DNA of 64,000 nucleotides. Source: the human T2T-CHM13v2.0 reference genome, Homo sapiens. The DNA is taken from NCBI RefSeq assembly GCF_009914755.1, contig NC_060930.1, one strand, 5' to 3'. Below the pieces are notes generated by a model. The model did no database searches and had not been told where the DNA came from. It was given only the letters and a program-made list of their open reading frames with translations. The translations under genes and the position numbers were made by a program. Positions 14,871-26,899 of the stretch are shown here, piece after piece; position 1 is the first letter of the stretch; every line of letters begins with the position of its first letter.

Positions 14871-14970
14871 AATAATTATCTAGACTTATTCAAAGATAAG
14901 TCAATAAAATAATTATCTAGACTTATTCAAAGATAACTCAATAGGAATTGTTCTATTGAGTTATCTTTGA
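14871..14970. repeat. 37-bp tandem duplication plus perfect 18-bp inverted repeat
   Basis: Tandem copies at 14871-14907 and 14908-14944. Inverted arms tcaaagataactcaatag (14927-14944) and ctattgagttatctttga (14953-14970) with an 8-nt spacer. Confidence 0.9.
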
Positions 14971-15046
14971 GTTTAGTAACATTTTCCTCTGTCACTTCTA
15001 TTCTGCTATTGAACTCATCCTGTGAGTTTTAAAATTCTGGTTATTG

Positions 15047-15340
15047 GGCCAGGAGGGGTGGCTCATGCCTGTAATCCCAGCACTTTGGGAGATCAAGGCA
15101 AGAGGATCCCTTGAGCCCAGGAGTTCAAGACCAGTCTGGGCAACAAAGCAAGACTCCATATCTACAAAATTGTTTTTTAATTAGCTGGGTGTGGTGGCAC
15201 ATATCTGTAGTCCTAGCTACTCAGGAGGTTGAGGCAGGAGGATTGCTTGAGCCAGGAGTTTGAGGCTGTAGTGAGCTATGATTGTACCCCTGCAATTCAG
15301 CCTGGATGAAAGAGCAAGACTCTGCCTCTAGAAAAAAAAA
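15047..15340 (+). mobile_element. AluJ-type SINE within L1
   Basis: ggccaggaggggtggctcatgcctgtaatcccagc... followed by an A tail; degenerate TSD aaaat..tggttatt. Confidence 0.9.
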
Positions 15341-18300
15341 TTAAAATACTTTGGTTATTATATTTTTCGGTCTAAAATTTCCATTTAGTTCTCCTTTATA
15401 GCTTCCATTTTTTGCTGAGAGTTTGCAATTTTCTATTTGTTTCAAGAGTATTTATAATTGCTTGTTGGAGAACTTTTATGATGGCTACTTAAAAATCCTT
15501 ATAAGATCATCCTAACATCTGTGTTATCTCAATGTTTGTATTTGTTGATTTTATTTTCTTATTTGAGTTGGCATTTTTCTGGTTCTTAGTGTGAAGAATA
15601 ATTTTGGATTATCTCTCAAACACTTTATGTATTACATCATGAGACGTAATAGATACCTATTTAATATCTTTTACTAATCAGTCAACCTGTTTAGGTTCAG
15701 AACACACATCATGACCTACTTCTGTGGGCTTGTCGTTTAAATGTCAATTTTGTTTTCGAAGACTTTATAGTGCTATTCTCCTCTGCCCCACTTGTACACT
15801 ACCCATAAGTCAATCTGAAACCTGCAAGGTATTAATTTGGTTCTCAAATCTATTGCTGCATTAATTCTAACCAATTTCACTCACAGGCCACTTGAGGATC
15901 TTCCCACAACTTTATTCATAGATTTTAAAAATCTCTTTCTTCAGAGAAGTTTACAGAATCTTTTCTGTAATCTTCCCCCCTACCAATCCCTTTTGTTTGG
16001 CTTCCTCTTCTCTGTAATGCCCACTTTAGGGAAGGGCTGGGATGTTTCCTCTTTGCTGACATTCACTTAGTGCAATTGGGGATAGGGGGCAGGGTCTCAC
16101 CTCACAGTCTCCCCATGACAGGTGGAGAGGGGATGATGTGCTGCCTCCTTAATGCAGAGAAGGATGGCCCATGGGGCTCTGATCACAGCCTCCACAGTCA
16201 CAGCACCCAATGGGGAGGTGGAGGGTTGCAGATTTTTTTCTTATCTTTGCCTAGCAGAGGGTAGGCATAGTCAGAAGATTCTGTTATATAGGACCATGCT
16301 TTTCCTGGTCCTTAAGCTAGAGAAGGTAGGCTTTCCTTGGGGCTCTTTTTTCAATTGTCTGAGCCAGTTGGCATTTCCAGATTTGGGGGCTCTGTAGTGC
16401 CCAGAATAGGATATATGGGAGAAAAACACCCTCCTTCCCATCCCAGCACGAAACACATCTTGGGTTATTCTCAAATTACAAAGTCTCTACCTATCCATCT
16501 TCTTTTCTCCAACTTTCAGAGTTCTCTAGTAGTTAGTGCTTTATGTATTTTGCCCAGGATTTTCAGGTCCAATTAGCAGGAGGAATAGGTAGAATGCACT
16601 TACTCCATTTTGTCTGGAATCAGAAGCCCCATGTTAATAGTTTCAATATAAAGTGCTGTGCCCAGGCATCAAGGTAAATTTAACTTTGGAAACAGAAGCT
16701 CCCTGAAGTAAGCCTTGATCCATGGACTCTGGACTAGAGTAGCCTCCCTGTCACACGGGATATATCTGGTGTCTGTGGATTACATCTTGGTAATATGATT
16801 GCATCTGTTCTTACTTCTCTACCAAACACAGAAGAGGATCACTAGGTTCTGTTTTTGTTCTTATTTATTTACATCACATAAGAAAAAAGTTAATTCTCAT
16901 TGTGAGACAACATTAGGGTGCAGCCTAGTATTTGTTGAGATTTTGGGGGTGATGCAATTAGCTAGACAAACAATAACCAATCCACAGAGCCTTCAATGTG
17001 TTAAGAGGAGGGTACATGAGGGAGGCAACAATAAATGAGGCATTTGCAACTTCCTGCTTAACAAACAGTGATACTGGGAAGGGGCTGAGAGGCAACTTGA
17101 GGCATTTTTCTTTGGTTAGGGAGCAGTGGCTCTAGTTCACATTTGCCACAACCAGACCTTCTCCAGAGAGAGGACATGAGCAGCAGCGTCACAAATTGAA
17201 CACACTTGCCAACTCCTGCTGAGCAAGGTCAGCTTGGCTTTGAATTTGAATACAAATTGGCTCCAGCAACTTGCTACAGGCAGTAAGCAAAACCAAACAA
17301 GCAAAAGCAGAAAATATAAGAGGAGGAAGCCAGTCCCTTTGTCACTGCAGATTTGTAAGAGAGGGTGAAAATGGTACGAACAACTGCAGTCTGTCACCAG
17401 GGAGCCTGATCGCCCCAAAAGCAACCCTGTGGGGTAGCATGGTGAAGACGCCCAACCTTTGGGAGCCTCAGGAGCATCACCTACAAAACAGTGCTGACGA
17501 TGCCACCGCCTCTGAAAAGCATAAGTAGCTGTTCCTAAGCAGCTGTGGGAAACTCTGCATGGGAAAATGTGAGGCAGAAGCTGAGCGTCCTCAGCTTGCC
17601 ATCCCGAGGAAAGCTGCTTTCTCTCCTCTCTAATGGCGTTAGCCAGTGAATTCGCATTTCTGCTGTTTATATGTCTTAAAAGCCAACATTTTCCTAGTGT
17701 TTTTGGTGGGAAAACGATCATCCCACAATTGGCATGGTGAGATTATTTCTTAGGCGAGGCATTTCCTTTGAGACTGAACTGCCATTTGTACAGTGTCGTT
17801 ATTTAAGATGACACATTGCCTGGCTGCTCAGGGAACAGAACATGAGAAAACCGACGAGCTTTTTCAGGAGTGTGAAAGCCAGCCTCAGCTCCCAGTGAGA
17901 GATAGAGCTAGATCTGGGTGAGCAACAGGCAGAGAACGCCCACCAGCTTCACTTGTTCATTGGGCTCTACGTTTGTATGGTCCAGGGGGACTGTGTCACC
18001 TTTCTGCCTCCTCCCGAAGAGGGCTTCCTGCCCTGGCCACTGACAGCAAAACTTGCTTAGGGTAGAAGGGCAGAGCCAAATCCAAATGGAATGCAAAATC
18101 TGTGCAAAGAAACGTAGGCACTTTTCTCTTTCAGTCACTGAGGAGGTGTTCATGCTCCTCACATGCATTCCTGATGCCTCTTCCCATCCTCTCTTCATTC
18201 TCATGGCCTGATCCCCTGAGGAAAATGGTTGGACTAGGCGCGGGTTTAAAGGACAGCACCCTCATCAGTGAAAGAAGTGCAGGTGCGTGCAGAAGTGCTA

Positions 18301-19928
18301 CATGCACCTGTGTGGTGTTTGGTGCTCACATCCCTGAAGGTGAAGGCATTAACTCAGGACCCTGGAGAATTTTTATTCAAAATCAACCCCAAGTTCGGTA
18401 GAAATCACTGTGGTTCTTGCTGTCCATGTTCCCAGTGGCACCCACCCCACCCCGGTGAAATCAGATTCCCTCTTAAAGTAAAAGTGCAACCGAGGTTTTC
18501 CCGCAGTAATGACCAGCCCACCTCAAAGGGAAGCCGCCCCGACCCTAGATCCCTTCTCAGGATGCTGGCTCACAGCAATCAGTAGTCTCCTCCTCGACGC
18601 CACTCTATAGCACCGCGCTTCTTGTCATCCACACACCTACCGCATAGCAATGCCATCACTTATGCAGAAGCAGGGTTTCTTCCTCTCAATCACGTGCCCA
18701 CAAAAGGTTCCTAAAAAGAGTTATTGAATTGGTGGGTGGGTGGGTGACTACATGGAAGAGGCACAAGGAAGCAGAAGTAGGCTGCTCCAAGGCCTCCTGA
18801 AGCCTTGTCTACTAAGTGGACTGAGTGGCAGTGGGGAACCCGTCAGCCTTGCTGTCCTTGGTGTCCCGTAGGAGAGCCCAGCTCCTTCCTGGCTCTGGCC
18901 CTGACTGACAAATGCAGAAGTAACGAGCAGGACTTGGAGCACTCTCGCCCACACTGACATCTGTGTCTCTGCCTTGGCTGATGCAAGTACACGGTCTCTC
19001 CCGAGAAAGGTCCACAGGAATAGAAGAGGCCCTCGCCAAGCACCAAGACCTGGAGCTATTCAGTTTCAAGGCCAAGATCACCCAGCTGCCAAGGTCCTGT
19101 TCTTATTTAAAAAGTGATTCATCAGGACAGGAAAAAAAAAATCTGTGTGTGCTGGCACAGTAGTATCTCTCCTGATCCCAGCAGGAACGGGAACACCAGT
19201 GTCAAACAGTGTGCCAGGCAGAGGAGCCCCCGCCCTTCCCAGCTGCCTGTTCAAAAGCACCAGTCTCGCTGGCGTCTGGGACCTGCTTCCAGGCCCTAAG
19301 CTTGAGGTCTGTGGTTCTGGAGGCACCAGCAGCAAGAGCTCCCAGGGAGCCACTCAGGGAAAGGGCTGGACCGCAGGGCTCTAGGCAGCACTCCCTACCC
19401 TCCTAGCGCACTAAGGATTCTGCGGAGGGGGACCAGCTCCTCCTCCAGACTCCTTCCAGGGAACGCTCCATCACTGTCACATGCCCCCGGCTCCGAGCTA
19501 GCATGTGAGGTGGGCGTGCGTCCGCCTGAGGACTAAACCACGGAGTCTAGCCGGGCTCTTTTCGGGGGATCCCACAAGTCTGTTTCCTCTTCCTTCCCTC
19601 CTCTTCTCATCAGTCCCAAACTTTACGCTTTGACTTTGCTCTGGTCCGAAACCCTTCCCGCTTTACACCATGCCTGCTGGACCGTGGGGAAAGGGAAAAT
19701 CTTCCCTACGATTCTGCTGCTGCCCGCCCCCTCCATCCTCCCAAGCGCCTCCCGGGAGCCTGCTGAGCCCCTGCATCCTCCTCTGTTAAGTAAAGCGCTG
19801 CGGCCAGGTGCTGTCTAAGCTTCCTAGCAGTCCAGGCATTTTCTTTAAAGAGTGGTGAGTTATTTTCTTCCCCAATCTCCAGAGCAGAGTCCTTCTCTCC
19901 GCCCTTCTAAGCAGCTCAGCCTCTACCT

Positions 19929-20138
19929 GCACTGTCCGGTACCACAGTAGCCTCAGCCACATGTGGCTCTGTACATTTAAATAGGAAGTCATTAAATGAC
20001 ATAGAACTTAAAATTCAGTATTTCAGTTGCACTAGCCACTTTTAGCTGCTGCCATAGCTGCCACAGCTAGTAGTGGCTGCGATATGCAATGGCATAGAAA
20101 AACATTGCTGCCATTGCAGAAAGCCCTCTCGGACCGTC
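19929..20138 (-). mobile_element. MER3 hAT-Charlie DNA transposon relic
   Basis: gcactgtcc...agccacatgtggct...aaaattcagt...gcactagccac...gcagaaag matches the recalled MER3 consensus. Confidence 0.75.
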
Positions 20139-21094
20139 CTGCCCCTGCAGGGTCTGAGTCCCAGGGCCGCCTAATGCCCTGACATGTGGAGAGGGAGACA
20201 TGGTCCCCACGATCCTGATCTGCACCCGCATGCCCACGGCATCCTCTCTCTTCCTGAGAAGACGTTAGCACTCTGTGAATCAGACAGAGAAAGACCTCCC
20301 AGGTCCCTAAGTATGACCCCCATATCGAACTTTTCAGCAGCCACCCTCCCTACGGTCACCCCTGTCCCTGTCACAGGACTTCACCCAATGGCTGCTTCCC
20401 CAGCTTGCTCTGTGCACCAGAAACTCAAGGACTCGGCCAGGACAGGCGCACACCAGAACACAGTGCTGCCTGCTGGGAGCCCGCTAGTTCTCCCTCCAGG
20501 ATACCAATGTGGAGCAAGATATATGCTCTCAGGATTCTTCCAGCCAATGAGGGCTGGGACCAGAGGCTGCCCCCGCTTCCCAACCCACCCACTGGTTGGC
20601 TCCATTAGGGGGCCTCTGACCTCCATTTCACACTTCCCACGGGGCCATGGCCCTAGCAGTCCTCAGGTGGCACCCGAGTCCCTGTGTGCACAATGCAAGG
20701 ACACAAGAAGCACATACTGTCCCGGACCTTGAGGAGCCGAGCATCGAAGGCCGAGAAGACCAGTTTACACAGCAGTCACTGTGAGGGACAGATCCGCCTG
20801 CAGCAGCATCTTTCCACCTGGTCTCCTTCCCAGGTTTCTGTTCTTGCAAAGCCCAGGAGGGGCCCAGCTGTCTGCAAATGTCAGCACCTCCCAAGTCAAC
20901 GTGGCAGTACTGGCACCTTGCTTCCATTTTGAATTCTTCCCTTGCTGGGTCTATGGGCTGCAGACCCTTCCCATCTGCTGCTTCTCCTGCCTATGCAATC
21001 TCACCTGCTCCTTCTCACCTCTGCTTTGCTTGTCCTGAAAGGCTGCATTTTCCACCTTTCCACCTTTCACTCTATTCATTTATGCTGTTTTCTA

Positions 21095-21530
21095 TTTGCT
21101 GTTGCCAAATCTATTCTCCACACTGCTCTGGGAGGCTGGCCTCCACAGACTGCATTACAGCCTTCCTTTGCCCTCTGGCGTCAAGCTGGGGTCAGCCAAT
21201 GGGAGACATTGCAGGAGATGGGTGGGCGAGAGGAGAAAGGGTGGGGGTTATGACCCCTCCATCTTACTCCCTCACGGTCTGAGGGATTCTGCTGATTCTG
21301 GTGGGCCCTCATTTTCCCCAGGCCCCTTGGCCAGGCTTCCAGTCACACTGTCCCCTCCCCATTGTCCCTTCAGGCCTGGGGGCAGGAATGGCTCCTCCTG
21401 TTGATTTCCAGGTACTTTACCTTTCCTCTTTGGTTCTCTTAACCCTGCCCCTGCCCCTGTAAATACTCACTTCTTCAAACTTTCTGATCTCAACTCTTCT
21501 GAATTTACTGTGTGTTTCTGGCCAGGAGCC
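21095..21530 (-). mobile_element. LTR33-like ERVL LTR
   Basis: gggaggctggcctccacagactgcatt...ttgccctctggc...cagccaatgggagacattgcaggaga resembles LTR33. Confidence 0.6.
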
Positions 21531-21559
21531 AGAAGGATATGGCACCTCTCCACATGTCC

Positions 21560-22030
21560 CGCTGGTCTGTAAGCGTTTGGGAAACCACCCAAACATAGTG
21601 GCGTGACACAGTGGCAGCCAGGCACTGCTGCTGTTTCTCATGGTCCAGAGCAATTAGGTGGCTCTGGCTTAATGTTGCTCAAGATGCTGCAGTCAGACAG
21701 GGGCTGTGGCTGGAGCCCCCCCACAGGCTTTCTCCCTTGCATCTCTGGCTATCTGTTGGCCCCTCAACTGGGGCATCTGCCTGTGGCCATGGCTTCCTTA
21801 CAGCATGGCAGCTGGGTTCTGAGGGCAAGGTCCTGGGAAGGAGCCACGTGGAAGCTGTATTGTCTTCACAAGCCAGTCTTTAAAAAGCCACACAGAGTTA
21901 TTTCTGTTGCACCGTACTCATCAGAAGCTCATCACTAAATCAAGGCCATCCATTGTCAAGAAGAGAATTAGACTCTACCACTTAATGAGAACAGTGTTAG
22001 GGAATTTGTGAATATATTTTACAACTAGCA
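21560..22030 (-). mobile_element. MLT1 (F/G/H-like) LTR
   Basis: aaccacccaaacatagtggc...cttccttacagcatggcagctgggttc...gaattagactctaccacttaatgag. Confidence 0.65.
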
Positions 22031-23499
22031 CAGATGGAAGATGTTTGACACCTTCTCTGATCACCATCCTGATCCGTGTCATCCACACACACCCTCTTGG
22101 GTCCCCCAGGCAGAATACAGCGTCTCTTACAGACTCCTGTCTCCTTGTCCCAAACCCACTGGGTAACAGGTCCTGTTTGTTGACTTCACCCCCTAAATTT
22201 ATCTCAAATACCGCAGCTTCTCCATCCCCCTGCCAATGCCGAAGTTGTGCCTCTTCCACCGTCTCCTCTGGGTCACTGTCAGCCTTCCTCCTTCCCAGAG
22301 GTTACTCCAGCCACCATTGGAAGGCACCTCAGACCGTACCACAGCTCTTCACTTTGCTGATTGGGAACCTGAGTACCAGAGAGGTGAAGGGACTTGCCCC
22401 AAATTCCACAGCCAACTGAAGTCACAGGCAGGCCAGAACTCAGGTCTTCTGGTGACTAGAGATGGGTGCCTTCCTCACCTGCTTGAGGGCAAATTTTTGG
22501 TTGTTCTTGGAAAGCATACTCCCACCAGAGGCCCGGGGCAGTCTCTCAGCCTCTTCATTCTAGGCCCTTGGTATGGTCTCTATTGCTGGGTTTTGCAAAG
22601 AATTTATTGTGAGAGAAATAAACAGCCACTTTTATTATTTTCCTTATTCTAATTTACCATTTAAATAGGCATTTCCAGATTTCTGGGCGTCATCATCTCA
22701 TAAAGGAACTATTCTTGCTCTTAAGGAACTTCCATTCTAAAATTATACAAGCCACAGACAGAGGAGATAGACACACAGAGAGACACTATGCTTTTCTTTT
22801 TTTGGAAAGGGCTGGGGGAAGTGCAGAGAAGGGAGAGAAAATAGAAAAGGGTAGAGAAAGATCAGCACTGTTTGGTGGACGAAAATAACACGAGAGACAG
22901 CACAGAACTTGATGGGCTCTGTCCCCAGGGATAAGAAGGGATTTCAAAGCTGCACAACTATTTATTTATTTTTGCACATGGAATCAGCCATTTTATGCAA
23001 CTGATAAAATCAAGGACAATTAGACCAAATTGAGCTTTAATTTTGGATTGAAAGTGTGATTCTTCCACTGAGAACTTCCTCCCACCACATCTGAAATTAC
23101 TAACTGCCAAAGGCACCCGGAGCCATCAGCCTGGATGGAGTGAGCTTATTGCTTGTCAAAAATGTAGACACTGAGAAGATCTACGCGCTCCTCAGAGGCA
23201 TTAGAAAGTCCAGATGAGATGCAGATTAAGGACTCACCTCAGGGAGCATTATTTAAAGCGTTTACTTGTTTACACTTGGTTCAACTTTGGTACTGAGGAA
23301 GAAAAAGTGACCTCAGAACCCCTGAAGTATCTGGGCCGCTGGTTGTGGGTTTGAGAGGAATGGGGTTTGGGGGCCACACCCCACTCAAGAGCTAGATTTT
23401 CCTTACAACTTGGTTCTCAAAATGTGCTGAGCTTCCCTTAAAAAGAAATTCTGTCACCTCTTTTCTCTTCTCCACATCTCCTCTCCTTTGCCAGCCTGG

Positions 23500-23750
23500 T
23501 TCATAACAGCATAATAGTGATGTTAAAAGTTCAGACTCCTTGAGGGCAGGAAGACCTGGGGTGGGGGACTCCCTCTCACTCAACCATCTTGGGGTGACCT
23601 GGAAAAGTGAGTTCTCCCCTCCAAGCCTCGGGATCCACCTCTGCCAAGTGCCAGCGAAGACAGCATCTGCCTCCCAGGATTGCTGATGGGATTGACGTGG
23701 TGATGTGTGTAAAGCACATAGCACATGTCTGGCACAAAGTCAGGTTTCAA
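23500..23750 (+). mobile_element. MIR SINE
   Basis: gtgacctggaaaagtgagttctcccctccaagcctc...tgtgtaaagcacatagcacatgtctggcaca. Confidence 0.7.
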
Positions 23751-23762
23751 AAACTGTTTGCT

Positions 23763-24027
23763 GGCTGGGTGCGGTGGCTCACGCCTGTAATCCCAGCACT
23801 TTGGGAGACTGAGGCAGGAGGATCACTTGAGGTTAGGAGTTCGAAACCAGCCTGGCCAACATGGCGAAACCCCATCTCTACTGAAAATATAAAAATTAGC
23901 CAGGTGTGGTGGCATGCGTCTGTAGTCCCAGCTACTCAGGAGGCTGAGGTGGGAGGATCACTTAAGCCTGGGAGGTGGAGGTTGCAGTGAGCTGAAATTG
24001 CACTGCACTCCACTATGAAAAAAAAAA
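23763..24027 (+). mobile_element. Alu (S/J-type) lacking its last ~30 nt before the A tail
   Basis: Alu dimer ending cactgcactccactatg-A10; TSD aactgtttgc at 23752-23761 and 24030-24039. Confidence 0.9.
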
Positions 24028-25030
24028 GCAACTGTTTGCCATCATTATGATGTTTATTACCGCCATCATAGGGCTCATACTGCCTCCAGGCCTCCTTCTC
24101 ACGGAGCCTCTAACTGATGCTGAGTTTTCCCTTTCCTCTCTCTGCTAGATTCCTGTTGGGATGCTGGGCCGGGTTGGGTGTTCTTACTACCCAAGAGGTG
24201 TGAGACTCTACAATGTGTGCTTGCTTGGTTGCTTTGGCCAGGATGTGAGAAAAACAAAGCTTTTCTGAACCACAGCAGGGCTGGATCCAGCTGAGGTCTG
24301 GGAGAAGGCAGGACAGAGCTCATCTCTGGGCTTTACCCCACAGGAAGCTAAATCTGAGCTAGTGGGTCAGGAGATGCTGGATCAGGGAAATGTAAGCCTT
24401 GCGTTTCCTGGAAGGATTGAGTGCCTTTGGCTCAGGGAGCCCACAGGGATTATTCAATGAGGGACCACACAGCACTGGGAATGCATGGCCGGGACTTTCA
24501 GTGCTCCCCTCTGCACTGGAGGTTGGTATCTGGGCTTGAACAAACATGAAAATGCCCAATATCCCAGGCCTTTCTCTATCCTTTTTGAGACTTGTCTGAC
24601 CCTCCCTCCTTCCATCATTAGAGCTGGATTTTTTCTCTTTTCTGTAGGAGAGGGAAGAAGCAGAGGCTGAGTGTGGTGTTGGTAAGGACAGGGGACTTGC
24701 TGGTGAATGGGGACTGGAAGGATGGAAGGAGGGAAGACAAAAAGAAGGATCTTCAGCTACTTTCCAGAGTAATCATACTCATTTGTGCAATCTGTATTGG
24801 GCACAGTTCCTCTTCTAAGGGTTTTGTGAGGGAGAGAGAAGGACAACAGATAATGCAGTAGATAAGCACTGGGCTTGCTGGGAGCCCACAGGCACGCCAC
24901 CCAAGGGGTTAGGAAAGGCTTTCCGGAGAAGGAAGGGTCTGGGCTAGGACACAGAGGGTGAGCAGAAGCCAGGAGTAAGCCAGGTCATGGGGTAGTGGGA
25001 GGACAGTCCACAACTGCCATGGTGTGTGTG

Positions 25031-25405
25031 TGATATGGTTTGGCTGTGCCCCCACCCAAATCTCATCTTGAATTGTTGTTCTCTTACTCCCAACGTGTCC
25101 TTGGAGGAGCAGGTTGAGATAATTGAATCATGGGGGTGGTTTCCCCCATACTGTTCTCATGATAGTGAGTTCTCATGAGATCTGATAGTTTTAGTTTTAT
25201 AAGGGGCTCCTCCCCACTTCACTGTGTATGTCTCCTTCCTGCTGCCATGTGAAGAAGGACATGTTTGCTTCCCCTTCTGTCATGATTGGAAGTTTCTTGA
25301 GGCCTCCCCAGACCTGTGGAACTGTAAGTCAATTAAGCCTCTTTCCTTTATAAATTACTGAGTCTTGAGCAGTTCTTTATGGCAGTGTGAGAACAGACTA
25401 ATACT
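25031..25405 (+). mobile_element. THE1 (C/D-type) solo LTR
   Basis: tgatatggtttggctgtg...gagaacagactaatac; 5-bp TSD gtgtg at 25026-25030 and 25406-25410. Confidence 0.9.
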
Positions 25406-25407
25406 GT

Positions 25408-25439
<32 letters not shown>
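25405..25439. repeat. (TG)n microsatellite
   Basis: About 17 TG units with one TA interruption. Confidence 0.95.
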
Positions 25440-25486
25440 AGGGGATGTTGCAAGTGTGAGGAGGGAACATTAAGAAGTAGAGAGGT

Positions 25487-25641
25487 GGTTGAGCACAGTG
25501 TTTCATGCCTGTAGTCTCAGCACTTTGGAGGGCTGAGGTGGAAGAATTGCTTGAGCCTAGGAGATAAAGTCTGCAGTGAGCCATGATTGCACCACTGCAT
25601 TCCAGCTTGGGTGGCAGAGTGAGAACCTGTTTAAAAAAAAA
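25487..25641 (+). mobile_element. Alu monomer (FRAM/FAM-like)
   Basis: Single right-arm-type monomer with A tail; TSD-like aagaagt(a/g)ga on both sides. Confidence 0.75.
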
Positions 25642-26899
25642 GAAGTGGACAGGTTGGCAGGGCCCATATTTGAGAGGCCCTGAAGGATGTGCATTTCCTC
25701 AGGTAGGCCATGGGAAGTGCCACAGCAGGACTGTAACTTAGATCAGCCAACACTGCCCTTGTCCTGGCAACATGTGCTTGGGAGATGTGTGGTCTTGGAT
25801 GATCACACATCCAGCTGGTTCATTTCTGCTTTGGTGAGTTAGTAGACTCAAGGCAGCATTATTTGTTCATGACTTTGCTTAGCAATTGAAACCAAACGAA
25901 CATGTCTTTAGAGGCTGTATTTTTTAAGTTAGATAGCACGTGTACATTGGTTTAAGAAGTCAAACATGACCAGAAGGTGTATAATAGAAGACTGCCGTTC
26001 TTGCCCCATCTGTCTGCCTCCTAATTCTTCCTCAAAGACAACATCTTCTGGTATTCACCTTTATGTTTGTGAACAGTGTACTTAGGATGCTTTTTCATAT
26101 TTTCGGTTTTAGATTTATTGTGGAAAACCACACCATCTCTCTATTTTTGAAATATTTTCGTCACCACTTTCAGCTACATCAGTGGTTAGTTGAGTGTTTG
26201 CAGCACAGCTGCACCCCCTCACATACTAGAACAGTGTTTTCTTCTTGTTCACTTTTTGTTTTTCTGGGAGTTTGTAATTGTCAGTTTGTTCGATTTTTCC
26301 ATGTAACTATCACTGATTCATTCCCAACCTCTCCAACCGAGCTCCAAATCTCCTTCTATACCTTTGAGCACTGCAAGCCTCTGCTCTCAGCCTGGAAGCC
26401 CTTTGCCTTCAAAGGCCCTTTCGGGGAAAGTTTGGGAACCTTGCTTCCTCAGGTAGAAGGAGCTATACAAAACTTAAAACAAAGCTAGAATAATTTGAGA
26501 CTTTTCTTTTAATTACCCTGGAAACTACTTTTAACCACATGCATGCATTGGTTTTCTGAGGTTGCAAAATCAAATCCTCTTGGTTTTAAATCCACTAAAG
26601 CCTCTCTTTTGCCAGCCTGATTTATACCATGGTATACAAGAAATGCAGCTGTTATTACTTCCAGGTGCACATGCAGTAATTTAAGTAAATGCTATCAAAG
26701 CCTTTCCAAGTAAAAAGGCCTCCTGGGCTTATTTTAATGAATAGATAAAGCTAATTTGTAATTAGTACATTTAGTTGTTAATATGCAAATGAGGCCTGCT
26801 GTTATCTGTAATTAGCACCAAATTCTTGATTGCTAAGGATGCTGCTAAAGTGCTTGGGAAAGCCTGTAATTCTCACTCAAGTCTCCAGCCACCGGAGGA

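Larger units (their letters stand above)
9480..16625 (-). mobile_element. Long decayed L1M (MB/MC/MD-age) LINE with 3'UTR, ORF2 and ORF1 remnants
   Basis: 3' end near 9480. ORF2-like peptides (11273-11476 ...IQNLYAENYKRLMKEIKELNKW) and an ORF1-like peptide (14193-14489 ...ETMEARRK.QNVFQVLKENNHQPRILY) occur in the correct order. The right boundary is approximate. Confidence 0.85.

Noticed and set aside
17137-17721. 194-aa ORF on the minus strand (longest in the track)
   Set aside because: No recognisable domain and no splice context; composition is typical of chance ORFs in mammalian intergenic DNA.
20184-20732. 182-aa ORF on the plus strand and many overlapping ORFs at 18-22 kb
   Set aside because: GC-rich sequence is stop-poor; the ORFs overlap in several frames on both strands and partly lie in LTRs.
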